Numbered from the whole stretch's first letter, positions 33,681 through 45,840 are shown. The stretch: DNA of 63,489 bases, filler included, from Lenisia limosa (GCA_001655205.1; 16 parts of 16 records of this genome joined end to end with filler, not necessarily neighbours in it), one strand, 5' to 3'. Notes: generated by a model not told the origin, from the letters alone. Numbers and translations are program-made.

Positions 33681-34990
33681 TACTTTTCTTCAGTCTTTCG
33701 CTCAACAGCTGGCTGGCCTGGGAACAAGAAAGAAAAGAAGTCCATAAACATGTTCCAGAGACGTGAGAAGAAGGACACTGGAGCTAAACCGTAAAAATAC
33801 AACAAAAAACAGAATAATCCCAACCTAATCACCATCAAGAAGAGGTAATATGGCTTACCATTATCGACGACAGGAAGCACTGGTTCAGATGGCACCTGTC
33901 CGGGTTCTGTGCTAACAGGGGTGTGTGATAGCTTCAAATTGTTCTTGCCACGATGCTAAGCATAAATTAACATCAATGAGCGTGGGTGCAATAGAAGATC
34001 TCATTATATAAATCCAGTCTAACACAACATCCTCTCGGATCCACGAACCACAATGACAAGCGCTTCAGAAGGTGTGAGCTTTAGATCCTCCATAGAACGC
34101 TAGAAATTAGAAAATCTCAATTTCGCACTATTGGCTTGGTATGACCATCAGGTATATCAGATACTTGTGATGCCAAAAAACGAGAATAAACGATAACACA
34201 CCCCCTCACATCCAAATCTAACGTAGTGAACGTTCGATGGGGGTACGGCTGTGTGATTCCAATAAAGCTTTCTTGAGGATTGNNNNNNNNNNNNNNNNNN
34301 NNNNNNNNNNNNNNNNNNNNNNNNNNTTAATTAATTAANNNNNNNNNNNNNNNNNNNNNNNNNNNNNNNNNNNNNNNNNNNNGAGACCAGCATTGATGCC
34401 CAGATCGGCAGCAGTGAGCTCACCCAAAAAGGTGAGGTAATGCCTTTTCATCATAAAGACTTATTTATATTATGAAGGAAGGAAAACCTCGCGGAGCTGC
34501 CTTGATGTCGAAGGGCTGGGTAGACAAAGCCACTGAAGCGGAAGTGGAGTCTGTACAGTGAAACAATATCCAAGATAGCGTCTGTAACAAGCTTTAAACC
34601 CACAATTCCTCCTCAATGGAGTACTAAGTGAAGGTTTGGGAGGAGAATTAAGTCAACATCTTTTAGTGAAAGATGTACCGGCGACTTATCCACACCAAGA
34701 GCTGGATTAAGACACTGGATTTTGATGCTAAGCTCACCAACGCGTAGGAAAGAAGAACAGTCGCATTTCAAGATCATGAAAACACATGGATTAACAATTA
34801 AGTTCTTACCGGAGCGGCGAGGGATCTTCTCGAACCTTCTTGAAGCCTGAGGAAGAGCTCGATGGACTTGGTCTCCTTGGCGGTAGGCTTCTTCTTCTTA
34901 GCCTTCACAGTTTTCTTCTTAACAGGCTTTTCTTGAGGAGGAGGGGGGGATGGAGACGCAGCACGCTTATTTTGGAGCTCAAAATTTTCA
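33681..34990 (-). CDS. Hypothetical protein exons with a Pro/Lys-rich stretch, possibly UBX/ubiquitin-like; straddles a spacer
   Basis: PSPPPPQEKPVKKKTVKAKKKKPTAKETKSIELFLRLQEGSRRS; RSMEDLKLTPSEALVIVVR; KLSHTPVSTEPGQVPSEPVLPVVDN|GQPAVERKTEEK*. Exon phases are ambiguous. Confidence 0.3.
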
Positions 34991-36202
34991 AAAGAGGAAT
35001 TGAAATTTTATATTGTGAATCAAATATCAGATGAACTGAACTAGTCTCTTAACCTATTTGCGATATTACAATATAATACTCATTTTTGCTATCGTTTGAC
35101 TGAAGTAAAACTATCATTAAACACACTACTGCATTTAAGATTCTTTTTAGTGCTCTGAGCCTGTTTGCTAGACCTTGCCTTTCTTGCGTTCATTTACTAA
35201 CTACATATCGATATACTCTCGGATGCAGTTAACATATGCACATTACATTCTGAAAAACTTCTCTCTTTCCTCCTCTTCGCTTCTCTTGGTCTAGTGTCTT
35301 CCCCAACAAGTATTTACTTATTTTTGTTATCACCCTGTCCCATATTTTTCGAGATCCCTGATAATGATGCTCTTACAACGACACTAGGTTAACACTTGGA
35401 AAGTTGACAAATGCAGTGTTTTGTTATAATTTACAAAAAAAATAGCGTGACACCACACCTTAATACAAGTTTCGAGTGTAGTTTAGAACAGTGAGAAGAG
35501 ATAAAGAAGTTGAATCACTCGACAAAAGAAATCGGAAATAACAAGTTGCTGATTCGAGGTTCAAACCTCCCCCTTATTTTCCACTGAAAAAAAAAAAAAG
35601 GCGCACAAAAATGTAAGTAAAACTGCTCGCTTANNNNNNNNNNNNNNNNNNNNNNNNNNNNNNNNNNNNNNNNNNNNNNNNNNNNNNNNNNNNNNNNNNN
35701 NNNNNNNNNNNNNNNNNNNNNNNNNNNNNNNNNNNNNNNNNNNNNNNNNNNNNNNNNNNNNNNNNNNNNNNNNNNNNNNNNNNNNNNNNNNNNNNNNNNN
35801 NNNNNNNNNNNNNNNNNNNNNNNNNNNNNNNNNNNNNNNNNNNNNNNNNNNNNNNNNNNNNNNNNNNNNNNNNNNNTATTGATGTGTTAAAAATGAAAAC
35901 ATTTTAAAATTAAGATTTGCAATCTACATACATAGAATTAAAAGCTATCAATAGCCTCTCCGCAACAACTGCCAGAAAAGCCAGCATAGCTGTCTGTCCT
36001 CTTCACACTCAATTACGTGTCACCTAACCACAATATCACATTGAAGGAAGTGAGAATATTTGTGTGCAAACAAGAATAAAAACACTGCTTTTTCAAAAAA
36101 CAACCCAACATACTAGTCTGGTTCATATTGAACCAGGTTGACGATACCTTACTGAGAAGGGCCGTGGGCATCACGATATGAAAGGCCACTAAATTAAGAA
36201 AT

Positions 36203-36942
36203 TTAAACAATTGTTGGAACAAATAGTAATAAAGCAAATCTCAAGAGGGAAGGTCGTTGTGCAGAGGGCCAGACATGGTTAGAATCGTTGAAAGCAATTT
36301 CTCCGATCTTCTTGAGCTGGTTTGTCCAAGTGGTTGTGTGAATTTCGCTGGAAGTCTTTTCCAACTTCTTCCTGTTGCCTATCTGTGTGGCAACTGAACC
36401 TCTGATTGGAGCAAAGAACGTCGGGGTTGATGGAGCACGGTCAGTCGCATCTACTCCACAATCCAACGTCATCATCAGAAGAGGAAGAGGAAACCTCACC
36501 CGATTTTGGTCTTTGAATGTTGATAGTCCCAACATCAGAAGACTCATTATCTATAAAATTAATCACATACCATATTAGGCAAATTTCAAAGGTTTATCAG
36601 AGCATGAATCAAAAGGATATTAAGTGATACTTCTAGTAAGATCACCCTTAGGAACGAGATGGATTATGGAAAGCGGGAGTCAATAGAAGTTGTTTTTACT
36701 AAAAATGGCGTCAAAAGAAAGGGTAGAAGGAGGAGGAGAACTACACAAAAAGTTGGCTTCTTCAGAAGAAGACAACCAGCTTCAATAGCTCTCTTTAATG
36801 TCCAACCCTCATACCAGCAGTATCAGTTTGAAGAAGAAGGGTAATACGCTCCAGAGTTGGGCCAAGCAAGGCAGTTTGGCTTAGGAGGCACATGGTCTTT
36901 GTCCGGTGCTCTCTTGCTGGGCTTACGAGCTCTTTTCCCGTC
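36203..36942 (-). CDS. Hypothetical protein, multi-exon
   Basis: ORF 36203..36547 plus open AG..GT blocks at ~36700-36790 and ~36820-36942. No motif recognised. Confidence 0.3.
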
Positions 36943-37130
36943 TGAAGAAAATTAAAAACTTCAAAACAGAGTGCTACAAACCTTCACCATTAATGATGCA
37001 ACTAACTGATAAAATCTTACACTTGAGACACTAAAAGCAGGTTCGTGAAAGGAAATGAAAACGTTTTGTATAATGAGATATGGTTAATTTTTTTCCTGGG
37101 GGGTCCTGTGGTCCATAAAAGGACATGATA

Positions 37131-38416
37131 TAGGTTGGTGTTTAAAACCGCGAACATGATTAAAACCGCGAACAAGCCAAAAATCGACATAAATCGCTTC
37201 AATAACACCCTTTTTAGTGTGAAAATCGGCAGTTTTGAGTACTAGACTATCAATAACATCGAAAAAAAAAGAAATTTTGAGCAAAAAGAAAAAAAAAAGG
37301 AGATAAAAAAATCGAAAAAAAAGATCTTTTGATCAGAATCGAACCCGGCCGGGGTCACCAGTTTCCTTTACGCGAAAATATTTTTTGAAACCCCCCTCTT
37401 TCAGAATAATAGCATTTTAAGCCTATTAAAGTGCCCCACTATAGAAACGCAGATTTTTAAGGAGAATTCGACGGTTTTTTCAAGATTTTTCCTTCAATCT
37501 CTATAATGGAGCCAATGGACGAAATAGACGTCTGATCAAAGTATATGCTGCGTCAACAACTCATTTACCGTTCTGGAATGGCACAAAACGTAAGAGTCAA
37601 TTTTGCTTGTTATGAACATCTTCTGTCATATTTTCGCCCTTTTATGGGTAAATATAGTTAAAACCGCGAACATGATTAAAAACGCGAACAAAAAGGAGGC
37701 TTTTCTTTCAATTTTTGAGTCAATACGCTCCTTATTTACGCCTCTTTCGCATTTTTTTCAAATTATCGCCCGAAACACTCCTTTATACAGGGTTGTTATT
37801 CATAAGAATAGGCAGGGATATCAACATACATGCAAAATACCACCTTAATGCGAAATACATTAAAAACACTGATTATGGGCCTAGAATTGTCCCTGCGATA
37901 AGGTGAAGACGTTCTTGCACCATCAGATTTTATTTTTTTTCCACTCTTGAGTAACCTGGCGGCATTTAAGTTGAGAAATCGAGACAAATTGGGCAAAAAT
38001 GAGCGTAAATTACCCATATTTGGGCGAAAATATGAAAAAAGATGATAAATCAAGCGAATTTGACTCTTACCTTTTGTGCCGTTCCAGAACGGTAAATGGG
38101 TTATTGACGCAGTATATACCTTAATCAGACGTCTATTTCGTCCATTGGCTCTATTATAGAGACTGAACAAGGAAAATTCTTGAAAAAACCGTTACAAAAG
38201 TTGACTTAAATACCTCAAAACCACAACATTTTCTCCTAAAATGGACTTCAGATTCGAATTCTCCTTACAAATCTGCGTTTCTATAGTGGGGCACTTTAAT
38301 AGGCTCAAAATGCTATTGTTATGAAAGAGGGGGGGTTTCAAAAAATACTTTCGCGTAAAGGAAACTAGTGGTTTATGTTGATTTTTGGCTTGTTCGCGGT
38401 TTTAAACACCAACCTA
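37131..38416. mobile_element. Non-autonomous foldback DNA transposon (~1.29 kb) with long imperfect inverted arms
   Basis: Ends TA|TAGGTTGGTGTTTAAAACCGCGAAC ... GTTCGCGGTTTTAAACACCAACCTA|TA. Blocks 37131-37190, 37355-37460 and 37460-37605 are reverse-complement matches of 38370-38416, 38250-38368 and 38055-38190. Confidence 0.85.
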
Positions 38417-38887
38417 TATATATATGCTCACGCTCCTGAACTCCGTTTTTTATTCAAAATCTCCGTTTTTTATTTTTTGTTGTTCTTCATATTGTGCAGC
38501 TTTCCCATTGGAAATTCATAAAAATCCCTACAAAACTCAATAGACTAACCTCAAAGANNNNNNNNNNNNNNNNNNNNNNNNNNNNNNNNNNNNNNNNNNN
38601 NTTAATTAATTAANNNNNNNNNNNNNNNNNNNNNNNNNNNNNNNNNNNNNNNNNNNNGGGTTCTGACCGAAGCCATCAACACCATGGGTGTTTTGGGTAG
38701 GTATTCAACACATGCGTACTACATAAAGATATCACTCAACAATTTTGCTACATATCACTCTGCAATCATATAAAATCAAATACTACCATTGAGAAAAATC
38801 AAAATGGAAAAAAACACGATACTAACACTTGAAATGAGAAATGCAAAACAGGTTATCAGACCGCAGCATAATATATTGTAGCCAGCA

Positions 38888-40423
38888 GACCATGACGTGG
38901 AAGGTGTCTTCGGAGTCTTCGAGACGAACTGCCTGGTCCCAAGCTGCAATTTCCTAAACGGTAATCGAAATAATAATAAAAGAAGCGAAATGGTTCCATC
39001 TGTATTTCGGCTTTGAGCCCAAAAATCGAACTGCTTGGCATGAAACAGGCATTATATTTCGATTTTTTAATATGTAATGGGAGGGAAGAGGTATTTCTCA
39101 TAAGTAGGGCTCACTTCGTTTCAAAAAAAAAAGACTGAATTTCTTGATAAATTTCGATATTTATTCCGTCTTTTTTTGAACCAAAGTGAAGCCCTACTCG
39201 TCAAGAATTAGTTGGCACCACCTACATTGAACTTTGTCACGCCAGGTTTCGAGATTTCCTTCTGTAGGAGCGACAGCAGGTTCTCAGCCACACGGCCGAA
39301 GGGAAGAGGCCAGAAGAAGAAGATCTCAACTACTTCGGAAATGGATTTGAGGTACTGTGGGGGGGGGGGGGGNNNNNNNNNNNNNNNNNNNNNNNNNNNN
39401 NNNNNNNNNNNNNNNNNNNNNNNNNNNNNNCCAAAACATTTGAGGAACACACGAGGCAAGGCATCACCTGATGTCGACTCATGAAGTTTTATATTATTTA
39501 GGGCTCTCTGCAAATTTTTTAATTGACAAAATTAGATCAAAAGTGTCTAAAACTGTTTCACTTCAAATTTTGAATAATTTTTTCAATTAATTGCATTGTG
39601 ACTCCCCTCATCTGCAGAAAACCGCATTGCGTTTGAAAAAGAAACACACAGCACCCCCTAATTCGAAATATAAAAATATTCACCTTTACGGCTTCACTTC
39701 AGTTAAAAAAAAAAAAGGTAAAATATCGATAGCTTTCGAAGATTAATCGAGGAATTCAAACATTTTTCGAACCGAAGTGCCGCCCAACTTACCTCTCTTG
39801 AGAAGATGGGGAAGTTGGCGACACAGAAAGACAAGAGGGAAAGGAGGGACAGGAGACGGCCGGGGGTGACAAGGGGGTGCTTCAGGAAGATCACAATCGC
39901 ATCAACAACCTAGAATATCAATGAATAAATATGAAGCAAAATGAGAAGGGAAAAAAAAAAGAATAAATATCTAAAGTCATCCACACAAAGGCATGAAAAA
40001 GCAACGTAATAAAATCATTATTCAACTCATTTCACTGAACATTCGATACACGAGTGCAACTAAAAGAGAACGACCAAACAAACAAAGACACAAAAAACGA
40101 TATGTGATGAAGATTTCCAGAAGACATTCTTTTGGCTCCCTATATAAATATATATTTGTTTCTCCAGATTTCTAATGTATATCATCTTATTTCCCTTGTT
40201 CAAAATTTTTTGGCTCTCAACACACCTGGAAGATCTGGCACTTGGAGGACAACGATGTGAAGCCTGAGCCGGACAGCGCAGAGATGGCGGCTTGGACGGT
40301 CAACACTCGGTCAGTCATCCATGCCGAGTGGGTAGTCTCGCCGTAGGGGATGTTGGTGGTTTGCTCCACGAAGGGGATGGGCTGTGTCACCGGTGAGGGC
40401 GGCATGCGGTAGACACGGAGGAG
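38888..40423 (-). CDS. Protein with PI3K regulatory subunit p101/p84 (PIK3R5/6)-like N-terminal region
   Basis: LLRVYRMPP..SKCQIFQ|VVDAIVIFLKHPLVTPGRLLSLLSLLSFCVANFPIFSRE|YLKSISEVVEIFFFWPLPFGRVAENLLSLLQKEISKPGVTKFN. Compared from memory with p101 ..[49 protein letters not shown]. Confidence 0.6.
39107..39194. mobile_element. MITE family A copy
   Basis: TA|GGGCTCACTTCGTTTC..GAACCAAAGTGAAGCCC|TA. Confidence 0.85.
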
Positions 40424-40600
40424 CTGGGGTGTAAAACGAAGGAAATTTCGATGAAGAATATAGGCGTAAAGGTACGCAATTGGAAAATTTATGAAACAAA
40501 AAAGCCTAAATCAACTTTGTTGGCTGATAACACACAAGGGTTGATAACAACAACACAAACAAAGCCCAGGCCACTCGCTTCTGCAGCACTGCATCCCATC
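40424..40600 (-). repeat. Repeat C fused to repeat E, ending at the acceptor of the p101-like gene
   Basis: Minus strand GATGGGATGCAGTGC..CATAAATTTTCCAATTGCGTACCTTTACGCCTATATTCTTCATCGAAATTTCCTTCGTTTTACACCCCAG|CTCCTCCGT. Confidence 0.88.
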
Positions 40601-41448
40601 GGGGGGGGGGGGGGGGNNNNNNNNNNNNNNNNNNNNNNNNNNNNNNNNNNNNNNNNNNNNTTAATTAATTAANNNNNNNNNNNNNNNNNNNNNNNNNNNN
40701 NNNNNNNNNNNNNNNNAGTGAGAGTGTAAAAGGGGTGTTGTAGGGTTGGGGTGGGGGGATGTGGGTTAACAGCATGATAGGGAAGAACGATAAGGGGGGA
40801 GGCATGATAGGGGAGATTTGTATAGGTAGTGGTAGAAATTGGAGGCGAGAGGGGGGGGGGCAACATTCAAGTAGAAATGATGAATGAATACACCACATCG
40901 AGTTTAAGATTACACACCTAAGTTAATATAAGGCATCAATCATAAACCAGTGTGTCTGAAAATGAAAACAAAAAAGTGATATGGTAAACCACTCTTGCAA
41001 GAGTAGAAACAGTATAACAGCTAGTTTTCAAATTGTTCCATTATTAACCAAAAGATATAAGGGTGAACATTCGAACAAGAACAACCCCAAGCTTACTTTA
41101 CAGAACGTGCGCCAATTATCGTGAAAACCCAATTTTTTTGGGGGATTCAGACCTACTCGGTGAAATTATTGCGAGCTAAATTTGGTACTATTTTTGGTAA
41201 AAACACTCAGGAACACCTGTTGGTGATATCTAATTTCAAATTAACACAACTCCAAGCTTACAAATAGGCGTGTCATATCGATATTCTACCGGTCTTTTCC
41301 AACCGAAGTGAAGCCCTAGTTGTGACATAAATCGTGCATCCCCACTGATACCCTCAGCATCCCGCGACCCCCTCAGATGATATCCCCGCGCAAAAGGCCT
41401 CTTCGCAAAATAGCCATGCCTGCTACTAAGGGTTTGGGGGGAGGTTTA

Positions 41449-41523
41449 TGACCGGGATAAGTCTTGACCGATTTTCTTTCGGAAATCACATAGCAAATCG
41501 GTCAAGACTTATCCCGGACACTG
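41449..41523. mobile_element. MITE family B copy
   Basis: TGACCGGGATAAGTCTTGACCGATT..AATCGGTCAAGACTTATCCCGGACACTG. Confidence 0.85.
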
Positions 41524-41696
41524 TGGGTGTGAACTAATAAGTGGTGTGAGGGATATGCTGGAGGTATTAGAGCATTAAACAACGTATGGGGGGGGGGGGC
41601 TACTTATATGTGAATAGACTTTTGTTGAACNNNNNNNNNNNNNNNNNNNNNNNNNNNNNNNNNNNNNNNNNNNNNNNNNNNNNNNTGTCCTACGTA

Positions 41697-41791
41697 GGGC
41701 TTCCTTGCAGAACCAAAAAAGACTGAATTCTTCGGTAGTCTTTGATAAATATTTTTATTTTACCTGCCTTTTAGGGACTGTATGGAAGCCC
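41697..41791. mobile_element. MITE family A' copy
   Basis: TA|GGGCTTCC..GGAAGCCC|TA. Confidence 0.8.
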
Positions 41792-42074
41792 TAATCCTAT
41801 GTTAATCATTGTAGCGGTGGAGAAGAACGTCCCCCTTCCTAGTCGAGTAAAAGGTAGGTGAAATTTGGGTTTGGCGTAAAAGTTGAAAGTATGGGTGGTG
41901 GAATATAGAGAGTGGAATTGTGATGTTGTGATTTAATGGTATGAGGTAAAGACCTCAAATGATATGGGTAAAGACCTCAAATGTTATACCATAGTGTTCT
42001 CAATACATTACTTTTAGACAAAATAGTATTACTGTTAATATGAATATCAGTCAACCTCATATATTTGTATTCAA

Positions 42075-42168
42075 TTGTAAGGCAAATGATTGGGTGATAA
42101 GCGTGATGGTGTGGATGGCTTTGGTCAGATACAACCTTTGTTTTGTTTTTTTTCTCACTGCTATATAT
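42075..42168 (+). repeat. Repeat family D (TTGTAAGGCAAATGATTGGGTG..GCGTGATGGTGTGGACGGCTTCGGCCAGATACAACC..TTTCTCATTGCTATAT consensus)
   Basis: Same-strand copies at ~15235, 15709, 19628, 27905, 43727 and 58885; opposite-strand copies at ~16866, 16962, 17105, 55051, 56160, 57980, 59722, 61080, 62165 and 62648. Confidence 0.85.
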
Positions 42169-43596
42169 CCAATTTCCCCCCCCCCCNNNNNNNNNNNNNN
42201 NNNNNNNNNNNNNNNNNNNNNNNNNNNNNNTTAATTAATTAANNNNNNNNNNNNNNNNNNNNNNNNNNNNNNNNNNNNNNNNNNNNAAAATTGGAAAAGT
42301 TACGCAACACACAAGCCAAAAATCAACTCTGTTGGCTGACAACACACAAGTCAATGGAAGATTACGAGTAAAATTAAGGAGATGTGCTGACGATTACTGC
42401 AGTAGCACGAAGATATAAATAATAAAAATTGAAGAGTTAACTTGCTTTCTTTACATTCATAATCAGCACTTTTTTGTATCATAGCTGGGCTTCCCTACAG
42501 TCCAAAAAAGGCCGATCAAATATCGATATTTATCGAGGATTTATCGAGATAATAGCATAAATTACTCAATAATACTCAATGTGGGAGTATCCACAACACG
42601 TAATTATACAAATGCTCAATAGAACAAAACAAATGTTAAAATAAAATAGCGGAATAATAGTAACGCAAACAAACAGCAGCAACAGAAAAAAAACAATCTG
42701 TGCAAAAGGAAAACAAATGGTACCAATCATATTGTCATTAAAGAACAATATCTTGCTATATTCTAAATAACAGTATATTTTGATTGCCTCCTAGATCACG
42801 TGTTGGAAGTTGATAGGGGAGAATATGCGTATATCATGCAAATAGCCGAGAGTGTGCCTGACAATGACAAACCTGCTAAAAGGATAGATTTAGTCAAATT
42901 AATGACACTAATTCACCACCTCTTTATTAGCACAAATGAATAAATGAGGCCAAAACACGAAAACATAACAGCAACGTCAATGGAATGTATGCAACACGAT
43001 CTTGCGCTCTCGACACAGCGGCCCAAAACAACTCGTCCAACGGTCATTTTTGTTCACATTATGATTCAAAAAGCAGTGTAGGAAGGGGAAAGAGGGGCGG
43101 GAAGGAAAACATTTCGAGCCGCAAACCTCATTGTGTCAACTTGGCTCCAGTTACGTCTTTCGCACTAAGTTTCAGTGATACAAATAGCGTCAATATCACA
43201 GTTAAAAGGTTTTAGATTTTTGACAATTGCAACATTAAAGTGTACCCCCAGGGTTTATATTCTTCTGTTTTCACGCTTTCTCTCCTCTCCCCTCTCCTCC
43301 AATTCTCTCTCCCCTCTTCTCTTGCCTTGCACCTGGTTAAAAAAACTCAGAAGACAAGCGCTGAAGCAGAAGAAAGAAAACCACAATCCCGATCTCCACT
43401 CTCTCTCTACTCGTCCTACTGGTGAGTCTTCCCCCATTTATATAAGGTGCCTATTCATGGATACTGCAAGATAGTTGATACGAAAGTCCCCTCAACCAGC
43501 CCACTCCTTCAATTTGCATCTTAGATCATCTAGCTTTATTTCATTAATTCATCTTTTCATAGCAGGACTTCCGCTTTTCCTCACTCCCCTAGAGCC

Positions 43597-43654
43597 ATGA
43601 GCAGCAGCAGTAGTGACGATGACGGCCCTCCACCGGCCCTCTCCATCAACGAAG
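43597..43654 (+). CDS. Possible first coding exon of an unknown gene
   Basis: tcactcccctAG|AGCC ATG MSSSSSDDDGPPPALSINE|GTGCGG. An upstream donor GTGAGT at ~43421 suggests a 5' UTR intron. Confidence 0.35.
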
Positions 43655-43887
43655 GTGCGGGGGATGTTGTTGATATTCTTCAACGAAGGAGCGGGATGAT
43701 GTTGTTCAACTATGGTGCATGTGGATGGAGTTGTAAGGCAAATGATTGGGTGAATTAATATGATACTATAATCCAATATCTCTTATANNNNNNNNNNNNN
43801 NNNNNNNNNNNNNNNNNNNNNNNNNNNNNNNTTAATTAATTAANNNNNNNNNNNNNNNNNNNNNNNNNNNNNNNNNNNNNNNNNNNN

Positions 43888-44837
43888 GCCAAGAATCGTA
43901 CTCTTCGATACGAATGGGCCAAGGCACGGGTGAATTGGCCCAAGTGGTTCCGTATCATGTGGACTGATGAGTCAAAGTTCCAATTATTCAAGCCTGATGG
44001 AAACGCTCGTGTCTGGAGGCAGAAAGGAACCGCATGGGAAGAGAAACACATTGTTCCGACTGTCAAGCATGGAGGTGGAAGGGTTTTCGTCTGGGGAGCA
44101 ATCGGCAAGGGAGGTGTTGGCAAACTTTACCAGATCAAGTCAATTATGACAAAAGAGGTGTACCTCAACCGAATCCTCCATCGCCANNNNNNNNNNCTGG
44201 GGAGCAATCGGCAAGGGAGGTGTTGGCAAATGTTACCAGATCAAGTCAATTATGACAAAAGAGGTGTACCTCAACCGAATCCTCCATCGCCAAGTCAAGC
44301 TTTCTTTTGAGGTAGGTGGGAGTGGTTCTGTTATCTTGATACTTTTGTTTTAAGTCTCTCACATTTCAATACAAATGTGAATCAAAAAATACTTCAATTT
44401 TTTGAATGACAATGATGCTAAAAACTAATTTCATCAGATGTGCTGTGACCGATCCAAAACACACTGCGAAGGTAAGATTACTTTCATGTCTAATGGAATA
44501 AATTTTGTGGTTTGTGTTAGTCAAATGTGAAAAGAATTGACAAAAGGTTAAGTTATTAATACAGATTTGTAAACGCTACTTTGAAGCGGCCCCCTACAAG
44601 CTACTAGATTGGCCAGCACAGAGCCCCGACCTGAACCCAATTGAGCATGCGTGGTACCTTCTGGACCGAGATCTTCGTGCGTCTGGCATCAAGCCAACAT
44701 CAGAATCAGATATGATGGAGCATTTACAAGCTGCTTGGTCCAAGGTACCCAAAACCGACATAAAACACCTAATTGAGTCCATGCCTCGTCGTTGCCAAGC
44801 TGTTATCGATGCCAAGGGGGGGCCTACCAAATACTAG
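43888..44837 (+). CDS. Tc1 transposase, intron-containing and possibly damaged
   Basis: WTDESKF..VWR..PTVKHGGGRVFVWG..YLNRILHRQVKLSFE; DPKHTAK|intron 44472-44564|ICKRYFEAAPYKLLDWPAQSPDLNPIEHAW..LIESMPRRCQAVIDAKGGPTKY*. 34 residues lie between the expected second Asp position and the Glu. Confidence 0.9.
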
Positions 44838-45016
44838 GCTGTTTTTCGTACTTTGATATGTCCATTTCGTCAATTTTCAAAATGGCATTTTTTGTTTTGG
44901 TAGTTTCAGTATATTGACCTTCAGTACTCTGGTGTTTATTTGGGACGTTTTTTTGAGTAAAAAAGATGCGAAAAGTTATAAAAAAAATCTTTTGCCAATA
45001 CTTATCTAACTCACTG
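43888..45016 (+). mobile_element. Tc1-family (DD34E) DNA transposon, left part lost in spacer
   Basis: Transposase motifs plus a right TIR ending ..TTTGCCAATACTTATCTAACTCACTG at 45016; its reverse complement starts CAGTG, typical of Tc1. Confidence 0.88.
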
Positions 45017-45047
45017 TGTGAACATTTTCCCTATTCTATCACCCTAG

Positions 45048-45840
45048 GACCTACACTCACCACCAGGACTTGGACGCTACGAGACAATCGACGCTGGACC
45101 AGTCCGAGAGCGCCCGAAAGACTCTTCAAGCAGCCGAGGAGGCTAGCCAGGCCTCAGCACTGGCAAAGACCACGATCGAACAGAAGTCTAAGGAGTTGGA
45201 AAGGTGAGTTGAGTGTGTTAAATCTACTTATTGTTTTAAACTGTTTATTGACCGATTAGGAAAGAAGCTGCCTTATCAGCTCATGATGCGGAACTGAACC
45301 AGAGGCAAGCAACCCTGGATGCCCTTTTGGAAAGCCTCGACTCAAGACAGGTCTGGCTTATACAAACTTTGCCTGTATTCTGCAATTAAAACTTACCATA
45401 TTAGGCAAACATTGAAGCTACTGAAGCCGAAATTCTGGCTACCCGAGAGGAAACAGATCATTTACTCGCTTCTGCCCAGAATGACGCCAACAACGCTGCG
45501 TTGGAAATAAATAGAATCAACCAGCACGGATTGGAGGTCGAAAATGACCTTCGTGGGGGGGGGGGTCTCAATTTTGTTGTTTTTGTGAGCTTAGCAATAT
45601 CAAACATTCTGTCTTAACATTTCAGAGTCGCAACGAACCGCCCTCTTGCAGGAACAGTCCAACTTCTCAATCTTTGTGGAGTCGGTCCAGAGCAAAGAAG
45701 CAGAAGTCTTGAAAGTTTGTTTTGACACTTTCTGGCTTACCCTGGAATGAACGGACTTCATTTTGACAATAATTTGGATTCCATTTTCATGTGTGTAGCA
45801 CGAAGCTGAACTCAGAGAACTCCAAAGCTATAACGACCAA
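45048..45840 (+). CDS. Coiled-coil protein exons (internal fragment)
   Basis: QDLDATRQSTLDQSESARKTLQAAEEASQASALAKTTIEQKSKELE|EEAALSAHDAELNQRQATLDALLESLDSRQ|ANIEATEAEILATREETDHLL..|..HEAELRELQSYNDQ, with GT-AG introns. Confidence 0.7.

Noticed and set aside
34810-34940. Lys-rich exon as a ribosomal protein (L22/L6) or histone H1
   Set aside because: The flanking exons match none of these families' conserved cores.
37330-37356. tRNA T-loop-like GGGTTCGATTC on the minus strand
   Set aside because: No complementary T-stem or cloverleaf around it.
40601-40616. Exact length of poly-G/poly-C runs at gap edges as a signal
   Set aside because: Assemblies break at, and two-colour sequencing inflates, G homopolymers. 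Only gap-independent runs and their splice-site positions were used as evidence.
44092-44290. ~94-nt tandem duplication in the Tc1 ORF
   Set aside because: The copies sit either side of a 10-N gap and differ at two bases: most likely unmerged contig overlap or collapsed paralogues.
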